Source: Hypanus sabinus
Lineage: Eukaryota
NCBI RefSeq assembly: GCF_030144855.1
Contig: NC_082731.1
Span: 9,672,001-9,736,000 of the forward strand
Direction of reading: 5' to 3'
DNA length: 64,000 nt
The notes below the pieces were generated by a model. It ran no database searches, was not told the DNA's origin, and saw only the letters and a list, made by a program, of their open reading frames with translations. Positions 1 to 13,700 of this stretch are shown here, piece after piece. The translations under genes were made by a program, and so were the position numbers. The first letter of the stretch is position 1, and every line of letters starts with the position of its first letter.

Positions 1-345
1 GTGCTCTTGACAGCTCTGAGGAATACGCATGTGATATTCAGCTAGTTGCTGGATGGCGGTTATTTTTTTCACCACTTTCTGTTCTTTAGATCTGGGGCTT
101 TGACTATTAGGTGCATGAATTACATATTATTTCTCTGGAGGTATGCTGGTTACCTTTATAATTAGTACCTGTGTTCTAAAAGTTGTAATTCTAGCTGCTT
201 CTATCATGGCCACTGGAGGCATCTTCCAGATAACTATGTGGAAATATATGCTCCTCATATCTCCTTCAAGCTTCACATCTTAAGCTGATACCCCCTCATT
301 TTATATTCATCTGCACTAGGGAAAACTCACCAAATCTCTGGTCTG

Positions 346-2520
346 TATATAAGACCACAAGACATATGAGCAGAATTAGACCATTTGGCCTGTCAAGTCT
401 GTTGCACCACTCATCTTGGCTGATACATTTTTCCTCAGCCCTAGTCTCCAGCTTTCTCCCCATATCCCTTCATGCCCTGTCCAATCAAGAATCTATCAAC
501 CTCTAGCTTAAAGATCCATTCAGACGTGGCCTCCACAGCTGCCTGTAGCAATGAATTCCACAGATTCATCACTCGAAGGCTGGCGAAATTCCTCCTTTTG
601 TCTGTTCTAAAAAGACATTGCTCTACTTTGTGGCTGAGTCATCTGGTCTTAGACTCTCCATTCATAGGAAGCATCAAATCTATCAAGTGCTTTCACCATT
701 TGATAGTTTTCAATGAGGTCACCCCTCTTTCTTCTGAATTCCAGTGAATACAGGCCCAGAGCCATCAAATTCCCTTCATATGACAAACTATTCAAAACTG
801 GAATAAGTTTCGTGAAACTCTTTTGAATCTTTTCCAGTTTCAACATAACCTTCGTAAGATAAAGGGGCTGAAAGCTGCTCATGATTCTCCAAGTAAGGCC
901 TAACAGTGCTTTACAAAGTCTCAGCATTACATCTTTGTTTTTATATTCTAGTCCTCTTGAAATGAATACTAAAATTGCATTTGCCTTCCTCATCACAGAC
1001 TCAACATGCAGGTTAACATTTAGGGAATCCTGCACAAGCACTCCCAAGCCTTTGCACCACAGTTATTTCTATTTTCTGTCCAGTTAGAAAAACAGTCAAC
1101 ACTTTCATTTCTTATAATAGACAATAGACAATATGTGCAGAAGTAGACCATTCAGCCCCTCGAGTCTGCACCGCCATTCTGAGATCATGGCTGATCATTC
1201 ACTATCAATACCAAGTCCTTGCCTTGTCCCCATATCCCTTGATTCCCCTATCCATCAGATATCTATCCAGCTCCTTCTTGAAAGCATCCAGAGAATTGGC
1301 CTCCACCGTCTTCCGAGGCAGTGCATTCCACACCTCCACAACTCTCTGGGAGAAGAAGCTTTTCCTCAACTCTGTTTTAAATAACTGACCTCTTATTCTC
1401 AATCCATGCCCTCTGGTACTGGACTCTCCCAACATCTGGGACATACTTCCTGCCTCAATCCTATCAAATCCTTTAATTATCTTAAACGTTTCAATCAGAT
1501 CCCCTCTCAATCTCCTCAGTTCCAGCGTGTACAAGCCCAATCTCTCCAATCACTCTGCGTAAGACAGCCCTGCCATCCCAGGAATCAACCTAGTGAATCT
1601 ACGCTGCACTTCCTCAATTGCCAGAATGTCCTTCCTTAAACCTGGAGACCAAAACTGTACACAATATTCCAGGTGTGGTCTCACCAGGGCCCTGTACAAA
1701 TGCAAAAGAACATCCTTGCTCTTGTATTCAATTCCCCTTGTAACAAAGGCCAACATCCCATTTGCCCTCTTCACTGCCTGTTGCACTTGCTCATTCACCT
1801 TCATTGACTGGTGAACTAGGACTCCTAGGTCTCTTTGCATTTCCCCCTTACCTAACTCGACACCGTTCAGACAATACTCTGCCCTCTTGTTCCTGCTTCC
1901 AAAGTGGATAACTTCACATTTATTCACATTGAATGACATCTGCCAAGTATCTGCCCACTCACTCAGCCTATCCAAGTCTCCCTGTATTTTCCTAACGTCC
2001 TCTTCGCATGTCACACTGCCACACAGTTTAGTATCGTCAGCAAACTTGCTGATATAGTTTTCAATGCCCTCATCTAAATCATTGACATAAATCGTAAAGA
2101 GCTGTGGTCCCAATACAGAGCCCTGTGGTACCCCACTAGTCACCTCCAGCCAGTCTGAGAAACACCCATTCACTGCTACCCTTTGCTTTCTACCAAAATG
2201 CATGACCATACACTTCCTAATACTGTATTCCATCTGCCACTTCTTTGCCCATTCCCTAAATCTGTCTATGTCCTTTTGTAGCCTCTCTCCTTCCTCAAAA
2301 CTGCCTGTCCCTCCTTCCACCTATCTTTGTATCAACTGCAAACTTTGCAGCAAAGCCATCCATTCCATCATCCAAATCATTAACATATAACAAAAAATAA
2401 CTGGTCCCAACACAGACCTGTGTGGAATTCCACTAGTCACTGGCAGCTGACTAGAAAACACCCCCTTTGTTCCCACTGTTCGGCTCCTGTCAGTAAGCCA
2501 CTGCTTAATCCATTCTAGAA
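346..2520 (-). mobile_element. Older CR1-clade LINE 3' portion (about 346-1116 and 2191-2520), interrupted by a younger CR1
   Basis: ORF 649-1047 has the CR1 C-terminus (RGLEYKNKDVMLRL.KAL); sequence ...TTTCATTTCTTA (about 1114) resumes as CCAAAATGCATGACC (about 2193). Confidence 0.8.
1117..2190 (-). mobile_element. 5'-truncated CR1 LINE (RT C-terminal half and 3' tail) nested in another CR1
   Basis: SGVPQGSVLGPQLF...KFADDTKL...RPHLEYCVQFWSP in ORF 1550-2320, continuing into 1205-1549; (CTATTGT)n-like tail at about 1117-1133. Confidence 0.9.
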
Positions 2521-2825
2521 TCTTCCCTGAAATATGTCTATCATAATCTTACAAACCTCTGTAAGGTCAACTCTCAGACTCTTATTTTCCATGTGTACAA
2601 ACCCAGCTTACACAATTTTGCATTGTAACTGAAGCCCACCATTCCAGACAACATCCTGATGTATCACCTCTGCACACTCTCAAATATGACCATATCCCGT
2701 GTTTCAATCAGAACTGTAGATAATACTCTGTGTAGACAAACCATAATGCACATATGGTTTCTTATGTCTTGACCTTTGAAGGCATACATGCCAAATGTCA
2801 TCTTCAGTATCCTGTTCACTTGTGT

Positions 2826-2826
<1 letters not shown>

Positions 2827-2862
<36 letters not shown>
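2827..2862 (+). repeat. (AGAT)9 microsatellite, tail of a minus-strand Rex1/Babar-like LINE fragment (about 2863-3345)
   Basis: Nine perfect AGAT units read directly; adjacent ORF 2997-3407 shows a LINE C-terminus (HPLHS...RMKRSLLPNAIRLHN). Confidence 0.85.
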
Positions 2863-2863
<1 letters not shown>

Positions 2864-4229
2864 CTTTATTCATCCCCAAGGGGAAATTCAACATTTTTCC
2901 AGTGTCCCATACACTTATTGTAGCAAAACTAATTACATACAGTATTTAACTCAGTATAAATATGAAATGCATCTAAAATCACCCTCCCAAAAAGCATTAA
3001 TAAATAGCTTTTAAAAAGTTCTTAAATAGTTTACTGAATTGCATTGAGTGGTAACTTAAGCTCAGTCCTAACCCTGGCACTTTAACATGTCTTCCCCTGG
3101 TGGTTGAATTGTGGAGCCGAATGGCATTGGGGAGTAATGATCTCTTCATCCTGTCTGAGGAGCATTGCATTGAGAGCAACGTGCCTCTGAAGCTGCTTCT
3201 CCATCTCTGGATGGTGCTATGCAGAGGATGTTCAGGGTTTTCCATGACTGACCGTAGCCTACTCAGCTCCCTCTGCTCTGCCACCGATGTCATACTCTCC
3301 AGTTCTGTGCCTACGACAGAGCCCGCCTTTCTACTACTTTCAGGAAATATTGCACTTGCATATTTAGGTCTCAGTGAACACCAAGGCTCGTACGGTTTAT
3401 TATTCATTGTGTGTTTTATTACCAGCTTCTAAAATGAGTCCATCTAAAATGCATTCTTCTAAAACGAGTGCTTCAACAATTTTCTGGACTCAATTTTATC
3501 TGTTACTGCTCCGCTTCACTTTCCAGCTGATTTGTGTACCTCATTATAAAACCTTCTTCACTATCTACCAGTCCACCAAGTTTTGTGTCATCAGCAAATT
3601 TAATCTTCAGCTTATGTACACTGTGGTGGACTACTGCAATTTTGTGTAATTTGAAAAAAAGTCATCAGGTTTTCTGACTGGTCCTGACAGGCGAGGCAGA
3701 GTGGTACAGCTGAAGGAGCTGCTGTCTCCCTGCTCCAGTGACCCAGATTCAATCACTTGCTCTGGTTGTGTCTGTATGAGCTTTCCATGTTCTCTCTGTT
3801 ATTCCATCGGTTTCATCCCGGTGTTCCAGTTCCCCACGCCCACCACCACATCCCAAAGATGGGAGGATTGCCAGTTTAATTACCAATTATAAATGGTCCA
3901 TTGTGCAGTTAAGTGCACGGACATGAGAATGTTGGTGGCAGTGTGGAAAGAATGGGATTAATGTAAATGGTGGTTGATGGCTAGCCCTGCGTCATTGAGG
4001 TGAACTGACCATTTCCTTGTCACCCTGAGAGGAAATCACTTTGTGTGGTCAGTCATTTCTTCAAAATTGATCTTCTGATGCCACATTTCTGCTGTTATAT
4101 TTGACTTGGATCCAGAATGACTGTAATGACAGGTCAGATTAGATGGTGGTGAATCCTGCAGTTGTAAGGAACTGACACAGCACAGGTAATGCAGACCTCC
4201 CCTGGTAGGCACAAAGAAAGGCATCAAGC

Positions 4230-5520
4230 AGATGTTAGGAATCAGAATCAGGTTTATTATCACCAGCATGTGATGTGAAATTTATTAACTTTGCTGCAGC
4301 AGTTCAGTGCAATACATAATCAAGCAGAGAGAGAAAAAAAATAAGAAAAATAGAACATAATAATAAATCAACAAGCAAATCAATTACGTATATTGAATAG
4401 ATTATTTTAAAATGTGCAAAAACAGAAATACTGTATATTAGTAAAAGAGGTAGTGTCCAAAGTTTCAAAGTCCATTCAGGAATCGCAAGGCAGATGGGAG
4501 AAAACTGTTCCTGAATCACTGAATGTGTGCCTTCAGGCTTCTATATCTGCTACCTGATGGTAACAGTGAGAAAAGGGCATGCCCTGGGTGCTGGAGGTCC
4601 TTAATAATGGATGCTGCCTTTCTGAGACACCACTCTCTAAAGACGTCTTAAGTAGTTTCTAGGCTAGTGCCCAAGATGGAACTGACTAGATTTACAACCT
4701 TCTGCAGCTTCTTTTGACCCTGTGCAGTAGCCCCTCCATACCAGATAGTGATGCAGCTTGACAGGATGCTCTCCATGGTACCACTAGAGAAGTTTTTGAA
4801 TGTATTTGTTGACATGCCAAATGACTTCAAACTCCTAATAAAGTATAGCCACTGTCTTGCCTTCTTTATGACTACATCAGTATGCTGGGACCAGATTAGA
4901 TCTTCAAAGATCTTGACACCGAGGAACTTGAAGCTGCTTACTCTCTCAACTTCTGATCACTCTATGAGGATTGGTATGTGTTCCTTCGTTTTACCCTTCC
5001 TGAAGTCCACAATTAGCTCTTTCATCTTACTGACATTGAGACCCAGGTTGTTGCTGCGGCATTATTCCAATAGTTGGCATATCACACTCTCATTACCATC
5101 TGAGATTCTACCAGCAATGGTTGTATTGTCTGCAAATTTGTAGATGGTATTTGAGCTATGCCTTGCCACACAATAATGTATGTACAGAGAGTAGAGAAGT
5201 AGGCTAAGCAGACACCCCTGAGGTGTGCTAGTGTTGATCATCAGCGAGAACAATAAGTTATCACCAATCTGGAAAGACTGTGGTCTTCCAGTTAAGAAAT
5301 CAAGAATCCAATTATAGAAAGAGGTACAGAGGCCCAGGTTCTGCAACTTCTCAATCAGAATTGTAGGAATGATTCTATTAAATGCTGAGCAATAGTCGAT
5401 GAACGGCATCCTGACATAGATGTTTCTCTTGTCTACGTGGTCTAAAGCCTTGTGAAGCACCATGGAGATTGCATCTGCCATTGACCTATTGTGATGATAG
5501 GCAAATTTCAATGGGTCCAG
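4230..5520 (-). mobile_element. Rex1/Babar-like non-LTR retrotransposon, decayed RT and 3' end
   Basis: [19 protein letters not shown]...FIDYCSAFN...TPQGCLLS...KFADNTT motifs (ORF 5062-5607). Confidence 0.8.
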
Positions 5521-5559
5521 GTCCTTTTGGTATGCATTTACTATCTCAATTTTTAATTT

Positions 5560-6900
5560 AGAGACCACATCTTTCCTACTGTTTGCTGGTCTGAATATAG
5601 CTCTCACCCAAGGTTTTTTTTATCTTTGCAGTTCCTTAGTTGTACCCACAACGATTTAATACCTTCTGACCTGGTGTAACCTCTTTCTAAAGATTTGATT
5701 TCATTTCATACCAACCACTCCTGCCTACTTGCCTGTTCTTAAGATACAATGTGTATCCTTGCAGGTTAAACTCCCAGTTATAATCTTTCAACCATGATTC
5801 AGTGATACACACAATGTCATATTTGCTAATCTGTAACTGTGCTGCAAATTTATCTGCCATATTCTGTATACAGCACACATTCAAATATAACACCTTCAGC
5901 CCTGTATTCATGTTTCTTGATTTTGGACATCTTTTGCATTGCAATTCATGTAGTCAACTCAAATTTGACAAATCATCAGCTTTCCCTTGTTAGTAGTCTC
6001 ACTACACACTGCCTATCAACTACCTCATCTTCAGCACTATCACTCTATTTCCTATGGCCCTGCTAAATTAATTTAAACCCTCCTGATCAGTTCCAGAAAG
6101 CCATCCAGCAAGGATATAGGTTCCCCTTGGGTACAGGTGAAACCCATCCCTTTTCTACAGGCTGTACATTCCCCAGAAAATATTCTAATGATCCAAAAAT
6201 CTGAACCCCTGCCCCTTGTACCTGTTCCTCAGCCACACATTCATCTGCCAAGTCATCCTAATCTCACCCTCACTGGTACATGGCATAGGCAGCAACCCAA
6301 AGATTATAAGCTGAATATCTTTATTTTCATCTTTGTACCTAACTTCCTAAAATCTCTCTTCAGGAGCTCACCTCCATTCCTACCTATGTCATTGGTGCAA
6401 ATGTGTACCCAAGTCTTCTGGCTGCACCCAATTCGAGGCATCCTCGACCCTGGCATCTGAGAGGCAACTTACCATCCGGGTGTCTATCACGTCCACAAAA
6501 TCTCATCTCTGTTTGCCTAAGAGTAGAATCTGCTATCAACACAGAAGTCCTCTTCACCTCTCTTCTGAGCCACAGCACCCAGAGACATGTTCACTGCAGC
6601 TCCCCCCGGCAGGTCATCACCCTCAAGAGTTTCCAAAGTCAAATCATTATCGAGAGGTATGGCAACAGGTGTACTCTGTACTGGTTTCCTATCTCCATTT
6701 CTTCTCCAGATTGTCACCCATTTATCAAACCTGCCTCCTAGATTCTAGGGGTAACTAACTCCCTGTAGCTCTTATCTATCACTTCCTCATTTTCCATGTG
6801 AGCCAAAGGTTCACCAAGCTGCAGCTCCAGTTCCTTAATCTGTTCCCTGAGGAGCTGTAGCTCAGTGCACCTGCTGCAATGTGGTTATTCTGGAGGCTGG
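5560..6900 (-). mobile_element. CR1 5' remnant (ORF1 esterase-like piece and endonuclease start)
   Basis: LKVLYLN...DIVCITESWL (ORF 5687-5944) and VLIADS..R...RFCGRDR (ORF 6384-6578). Confidence 0.65.
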
Positions 6901-7274
6901 AGGTCTCCTAAAATTCCCACATTTCACACACAGATCAAAACATGGGTCCTAGAGGCATTCTCACTGAACAAACTGTGCCCTAACAGGCAAGGAATGAAGA
7001 ACTAAGAAGACATAGAGAATCTTCTCTATATAGAGAAAAGCCTGATGAGCCAAAGGCACTCCAAACACTGGCCCACTCACAGCAAAGATATCTACGCTTG
7101 TGCCTGTGTTACTTTTATTTGCTATTTCTAAAGAGTCCTGCTCAGTGATTGGTCACAGTCCAACTCCAAAAACTTGCCACAAGGTTCTGTCTTTTTAATC
7201 CTGAGTGTGAACCTTAGTGAAATGGTAGTTCTCTTCTCATGCTCCTGTGCGGTGATCAGTCACTGTCCAATTCA

Positions 7275-7625
7275 TTGAAACCTATTGAATGTTGAAAGGC
7301 CTTGATAGATTAGAAGTAGGAGGATGTTTGCTATGGTAGGAGAGTCTAATACCAGAGGATACAGCCTCAGAACAGAAGGCTGTCCTTTTAGAATAAAGTT
7401 GAGGAGGAATTTCTTTAGCCAGAGAGTGGCAAATCTGTGGAATTCGTTACCACAGGTGGCTATAGAGGCCAAGTTATTGGATATATTTAAGGCAGAGGTT
7501 GATATATTCTGGATTAGTGAGAGCATAAAGGGATACTGGGAAATGGCAGGAGATTGGGGCTGAGAGGTGGAGAAGACTTGTTGGGCCAAATGGACTAATT
7601 CGGCTCCTATATCTTATGGTCTTAT
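7275..7625 (+). mobile_element. CR1 3' fragment
   Basis: GESNTRGYSLR...RRNFFSQRVANLWNSLPQ (ORF 7324-7563). Confidence 0.8.
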
Positions 7626-7989
7626 GCTCTTATCTTCACGGTTACTCATGTCACTGAATCAACAGTCACAATAATTGTCTAATAGAAGCCATTCCCTGGA
7701 CTGGTAATGTTGCCATATGTTCTTACACTTATTCACTGATGGTGATGACTTTTCTACAATATAGTTAGGAAGAAGACTCCAAATAAGTTACATCACCTTC
7801 ATCTTTCCTGATTACTGCCTTTATCCAGAGGCAGAATAACAGGTTGCCATAGACCAGATGGGCCAAGGGGCCTATTACTGTGTTGCAGTATTCCATAATT
7901 CTATCACCCTAGTTTACTATCATCTGTGAATTAACTAACAGTCATATCAAAGGTTATTAGCCAGGGTTGTACAGATTTTACTGAAAAAT

Positions 7990-9030
7990 CTCTAGCTGAG
8001 ACTGTTCCCATGAGATTGTTCAGAGGCTTCTTTGGTCAGAAGCCCTGGATGAACCATGAAATCCAAAATTTGCTGAGGGTCAGATCATTCAGGTCAGGAA
8101 ACCAAGAATGCTACACAAAGTGCAGTTATGATCTCCAGAAAGACATCTTAGGGGCGAAGAGGGGATTCTGGACCAAAGTTGAATCAATGAAGGATGCTTG
8201 ACAACTGAGGCAGAGTTTGAATGTTGTAATCTTCTACACATTTAAATTATGTGATGTAGGGGACAGCAGGGTTTTGCTTACAGATAAGCTCAATGCCTTC
8301 TCTGCTCACTTTGACCATCAGAACATGGAGGAACCATCACAAACCCCCACATCTCCTGATGATCCTTTGGTCACAGTTTCTGAAGTTAATGTGTGGGCTG
8401 CCTTCGGGAGGGTGAATCCATTGAAAGGATTTGAATACTATGACCTGTGCTGACCAACTGGCTGGTGTGTTCAATGATATCTTTGACCTCTCACTTTAGT
8501 AGTGTGTGGTACCCACCTGCTTCAAGTAGGCTTCAATCATATTGGTGCCCAAGAAGAGTATAGTGACATGCCTCAATGACTATTGGCCGGTTGCAACTAC
8601 ATCCATGGTGATTAATAGTTTTGTGAGGCTGGTGATGAAACTTATCAGCTCCTACTTCATTGGCGATAAATCCACTCCAATTTGTGTACCACATCAATTG
8701 TTCAACAGCAATGCTATTTCATTGGCTCTTCACATAACCCTGGAACATTCAGACAGCAAAGATACATACACCAGAATGTTACTTATCTATTACAACTTAG
8801 CTTTCATTACCATCATCCCTCAAAACTAATGAATAGTCTCAAAGACCTAGGCCACAATACCTACTTGTGCAATTGGATCCTGGATTCCCTCACTTGCAGA
8901 CCCAAGTCGGTTCAGATTGACATCAGTATAGGTGCATCACATGGCTGCTTTCCTTTCTTTGCACCTGATCTTGTGGCTAAGCACAGCTCTAAAACCATAT
9001 TCAAATTTTCCAATGATAACCCTGGGCTTC
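7990..9030 (+). mobile_element. Rex1/Babar-like LINE RT fragment, decayed
   Basis: QKPWMNHEI, VPKKS.VTCLNDY.PVA.TS, NWILD.LTCRP motifs with stops and frameshifts. Confidence 0.75.
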
Positions 9031-10038
9031 AATTACCTGTTGTTGTGAACATTTAAAAGCTTGTCTTAGAGTTATATCACAGTTCACTCTTAGTATGGAT
9101 GCCCATCTGTTTAATTAAAAATGATGGACAAATAGCAAGCACATGGTACCTCTCAAAACTATTTCATGTGGAGATAAGACTGTTATGTATTTTGAAGTGT
9201 GGTGATTGGCACAAAGGCTACTGGAAGCACCTCTGACCACTTTTGCTCAGTCTCATCAGACAATTTAGTAAACCTTCATTTCATAACCCATTCGTTCTTT
9301 TAGCTGCCTCATAAGTTCTAAGGGTATAAGGACTGGTGAAAATAGGCTTAAACTGCACGATTTTCAGCATCACAAATAAGTTTACCCATTAAGTGAGGAC
9401 AGTTTTCACTTAAGATATTCTTGGGAATCCAAAACCAAGGAATAAATTCTCATAACAGAAATTATCAACAGTTATGCCATAATTTCTCTGAGCTGGAAAA
9501 ACTTTTAACCATGGAGATAACCAAGCATAACAACAAATGTGGATCTAATTTATGTTTAAGATAAACCATGGCAACTCTTTCATTGTACTCCAAACACTGA
9601 ACACAGTGCAGCAAACGTTAACGTAATTACATGATCTCTTGATGTGAAACCACAGTTCAATGCAAGTCATTCTGAACTATGTATTCTTCCACAATTACGT
9701 TATCCTACATGGGTGACCATCCCCACCCCACACCCGCTCCCCCCCCCCAGAATTCATGAAAACCAGCATTGTGTGCCAGTCTTGTGCTTGGACAAACTGC
9801 CCTGCTTGAGTCCTGTTTTGCATGAGTGGAGGAACAGAAGCTGCCTCTGGCTTGTCTAGAGGTGCATTGCCATGCTCAGCATCATGTAGTGACACCAGCG
9901 GCATGGTAGCAGAATCCTCCAAATTTTTTGGGCCAGTTTAAGACAATATACCAAATTACATTCATGTTTACTCCTCTTATCAATTCTCCCTGTTTTCTGC
10001 CTGTTTCAAAATGCAGAACAGGCCATTGTAAGGGGTCC

Positions 10039-10450
10039 TTAGGGGTTGTTGGTGTGCATTATGCCAGACAAAAGCAAACAAGGTGGAATGTAGGTCAACA
10101 GGAACCCAGGAATATGTGAAAAGGAATTGAATATACTAAGCTGGGTAGAATGCTTTTGAGATGTCAGCAAGATGGTCATAGCATCAGGAATGAAATCACC
10201 TGCAACTTGTAATGGCTGCACAAATGCTAACTCAAACACGGATGACTGGAGTTTCTCTTTTGGAACTGTTCTGAGCCCCAGCAGAACCCACAGGAGACAA
10301 TCATGCTGACACTCATCAGTCAGGGAAGCCCTCAGAGCAGCCTTTAAGCAGTCATGAACCCCCTTGCATTGGCCGTTGTTCTGTGGGTGATATGCCATAG
10401 TGTGTGGTAGCCTACCAGCAAGGTTATGGGCCATGGCAGCCTGGAGGGAA
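10039..10450 (-). mobile_element. Ty3/Gypsy integrase core remnant
   Basis: AYHPQNNGQCKGVHDCLKAALRA...LLWVLLGLRTVPKE resembles the integrase YHPQ.NG..ER motif. Confidence 0.7.
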
Positions 10451-11079
10451 AGAGTGCTTTACACCTCCAACCATAATTGTATTAGTTCATGAAAAGAATT
10501 TGTAAAGTATTGGCAGCCTGATCACACTAGAATGTGACATGAGCTTAATATTCTGCTGTTGCCTTAGCAAGGAAGTTACCTCTTTTATTCCCTTTAGTTA
10601 TTTCATCTGCCCCATTAGTATCAGCTGCATTGTTGATAACATCAATTGCATTAAGTGGTTGGAAAGCAGCAAAAAGTTCATTGTTCATTGACCATGTTTA
10701 ATTGTAGCTCTGGAGGTGGGAAACCCATGTAGATTCCATAGTTATCCATTCTCATCAGCTATTCCAAAGGCATACTGAAATTCAGCGCATTAGCTGCAAA
10801 GATGCAGGCTTTTGTTTAGGCAAAAAAGTTTAATCTGCTTGAACAAACAGGAGTGAAGGTAGCTGTGCTACTTAAGATATTATATGAAGTAAACACACTA
10901 AATATCCACGAGAAGCTATCACTGTCATATTTCATTGTCATATCGAGAGGAAAAACCATCAAAGAAAAATTACAGGCAGCCTTCTGTCAGGTGGCATTTC
11001 ACTACAGTCAGAATTAAAATCAAACAAAACCTTAAGTACAGTTCGGGAATGGATACTTAAGGTAAATACAGAAATGCTG

Positions 11080-11775
11080 CAACTACTCATTCACCTCCTC
11101 CCTTATTTCCATTCAGGGGTCCAAACCGTCCTTCCAGGTGAGGTAACATTTCACCGATGAATTTGTTGTGGCCTAACGTAAATCGGTGGACCATTTTTTC
11201 GAGCATCTGCACTCCATCAGCCAAAAGCAGAATTTACCAGTGGGCAATCATATTAATTCTTATCCCCATTTCTCCACTGACATGTCATCGCCTGGCCTCC
11301 TCTTTTTCCACGAGACGACCACTCTAGGGGTGGATGGCAACACCTCATATTTTGTCCTGGTGGCCTCCAACCTGATTGCCTTTATATCAATTTCTCCTTA
11401 TTGTACTTTTCCCACCCCCTATCTTTTTATTCCTTCTGAGAGGCTTTTCACCTCTTCTGCTCCCCCTAGTGCCCTCCTTCTCCCCTTTCTCCCTTGGTTC
11501 ACCCTGATCTCCTATCAGATTTCTTCTCCAGTGCTTTACTTTTCCTATCCACCTTGCTTCACATACCACCTTACAGGTAGTCCATCTTTCCCTCCACCCC
11601 CACTTTTTTTTTATTATTCTGAGGTCTTTCCCCTTCCTTTCCTGTCCTGAAGAGGGTTTCAGCTGGAAATGTCAACTGTTTTTTCATTTTCACAAATACT
11701 GCTTGACTTGCTGAGTTTTTCCAGCATTTTCTGCATGTTCCTTTGGGTTTCCAGCATCTGTAGAATCTCTTGTCT
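11080..11775 (+). mobile_element. Penelope-like element 3' end (GIY-YIG remnant and terminal repeat); related copies at about 15410-15545, 16110-16580(-), 26215-27320, 34395-35550, 44735-44880 and 56922-57059
   Basis: Shared terminus CCTGA.GAAGGGT...GATGCTGCCTG.CCTGCTGAGTT..TCCAGCATTTT.TG in all copies; copy 26215-26735(-) encodes RFYFLPKIHKPD.P..PIVSAC, a PLE-type RT motif. Confidence 0.65.
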
Positions 11776-12099
11776 TTATTATTAAAAGTAAACTGCATTG
11801 TCTATGGTGTTGATGGCGGTGGAGGCAGGAACTGTTACCAAAGTTGTCTTATCCAGAGGACATCTTCAAGACCCGTAGGCAGGCACTTCGCAATTAAATC
11901 ATACACTTCACGAACATCCCCATGTCTACACCTGCTGTGTCCACCATCCCATTTCCATATCTGTTTAATCAAAGAAATGCAAAACCCACATATTGAGAAT
12001 GGTATTATCTAAACAGCTATGCTGTTCAAAACAAAAAAAAAATACAAGTTTCCGGAGTGTCACAGGTGCCATACTTCAGGTGGATTAGACGATACCTAA

Positions 12100-13700
12100 G
12101 ACCATAAAACATAGGATCAGACTTGGACCATTTGCCCATTGAGCCTGCTTGGCCATTCAATGATGGCTGATCCTTTTTTTCGACCTCCCCCTAAACCCAG
12201 TTCCCAACCTTCTCCAAGTAACCTTTGATGCCATGTCCAATCAAGGACCTATCAATTTCTGCCTTAAATACACCCAACGACCGGGCCTCCACAGCTTCAT
12301 GTGGCAACAAATTCCACAAATTCACCACCCTTTGGCTTATGAAATTTATTCGCATTTCTGAGGCTATCCTGAGGCTCTGCCCTCTTGTCTTAGACTCTCC
12401 CACTATGGAAAGCAACCTTTCCACATCTACTCTGTCTAGGCCTTTCAATATTTGAAAGGTTTCAATGAGATTCCCCTTCATCATTCTGAATTCCAGCAAG
12501 TACAGATCCAGAACAATCAAAAGTTCATCGTATGATAACTCTTTCACTCCTGGAATTATCCTTCCGAACCTCCCCTGGACCCTCTCCAATGGCAGCACAA
12601 AGATGAGGGGCCCAGAACTGTGCACAGTACTCAAGGTGAGGCCTCACCAGTGCCTTATAAAGCCTGGGCATCACATCCTTGTTCTTGTATTCTACACCTC
12701 TTGAAATGAATGCTAACATGGTATTTGCCTTCCTCACCACCTACTCAATCTGCAAGTCAACTTTCAGGGTGTTCTGCACAAGGACTCCCAAGTCCCTCTG
12801 CATCTCAGATTCCAGAATTTTCTCCCCATTTGGAAAATAGTCCGCACATTTATTACTACCGCTAAAGTACATGACCATGTATTTTCCAGCATTGTATTTC
12901 ATTTGCCACTTTCTTGCCCCATTCTCCTAATCTAAGTCCTTCTGCATCCTATCTGTTTCCTCAACACTACCTGCCCCTCCAGCAATATTTGTATCATCTT
13001 CAAACTTGGCAACAAATTCATTTATTCCATCATCTGAAAAATTTATATAAAGCATAAAAAGAAGTGGTTCCCGCATTGACCCCTGCAGAGAACCACTAGT
13101 CACTGCCAGCCAATCAGAAAAGGATCCTTTTATTTCCATTGAGTCTGCCTATCAAACAACCAATTCTCTAACCATGTTAGTAAATTTCCTGTAATGTCAT
13201 GGGCTCTTAACTTGGTATGCAATCTCAGGTGTGGCACCTTGTCAAAGGCCTTCTGAAAGTCCAATTGTACAATGTCTACTGTATCCCCTTTATCTATCCT
13301 ACTTGTAATCTCTTCAAAGAATTCCAACAGGTTCATCATGTAGGATTTTCCCTGAAGGAAACTGTGCTGACTTTACACTATCGTGTCCTCTGTCACCAAG
13401 TTCAGCATCACTTGTTCTTAATAATTGAGTCTAACATCTTCCCAACCACTGAAGTCAGGCTAACTGGTCGATAATTTTATTTCTGCTGCCTTATTCCTTT
13501 TTTAAAGTGCAGAGTAACATTTGCAATTTTCCAGTCCTCTGACACCATGCCAGACTCCAATGGTTTTTGAAAGATAATTTCTAACACCAGCACAATCTCT
13601 AACAGTACCTCTTTCAGAACCCCAGGGTGCAGTTTAGTTGGTCCAGGTGACTTATGTGCCTTTTGGTCTTTCATCTTTTTTGCACCTTCTCTCTTGTAAC
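12100..13700 (-). mobile_element. CR1 LINE ORF2 3' half, decayed
   Basis: LDFQKAFDKVPH, KFEDDTNI and RPHLEYCAQFWAP motifs in successive broken ORFs. Confidence 0.85.
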
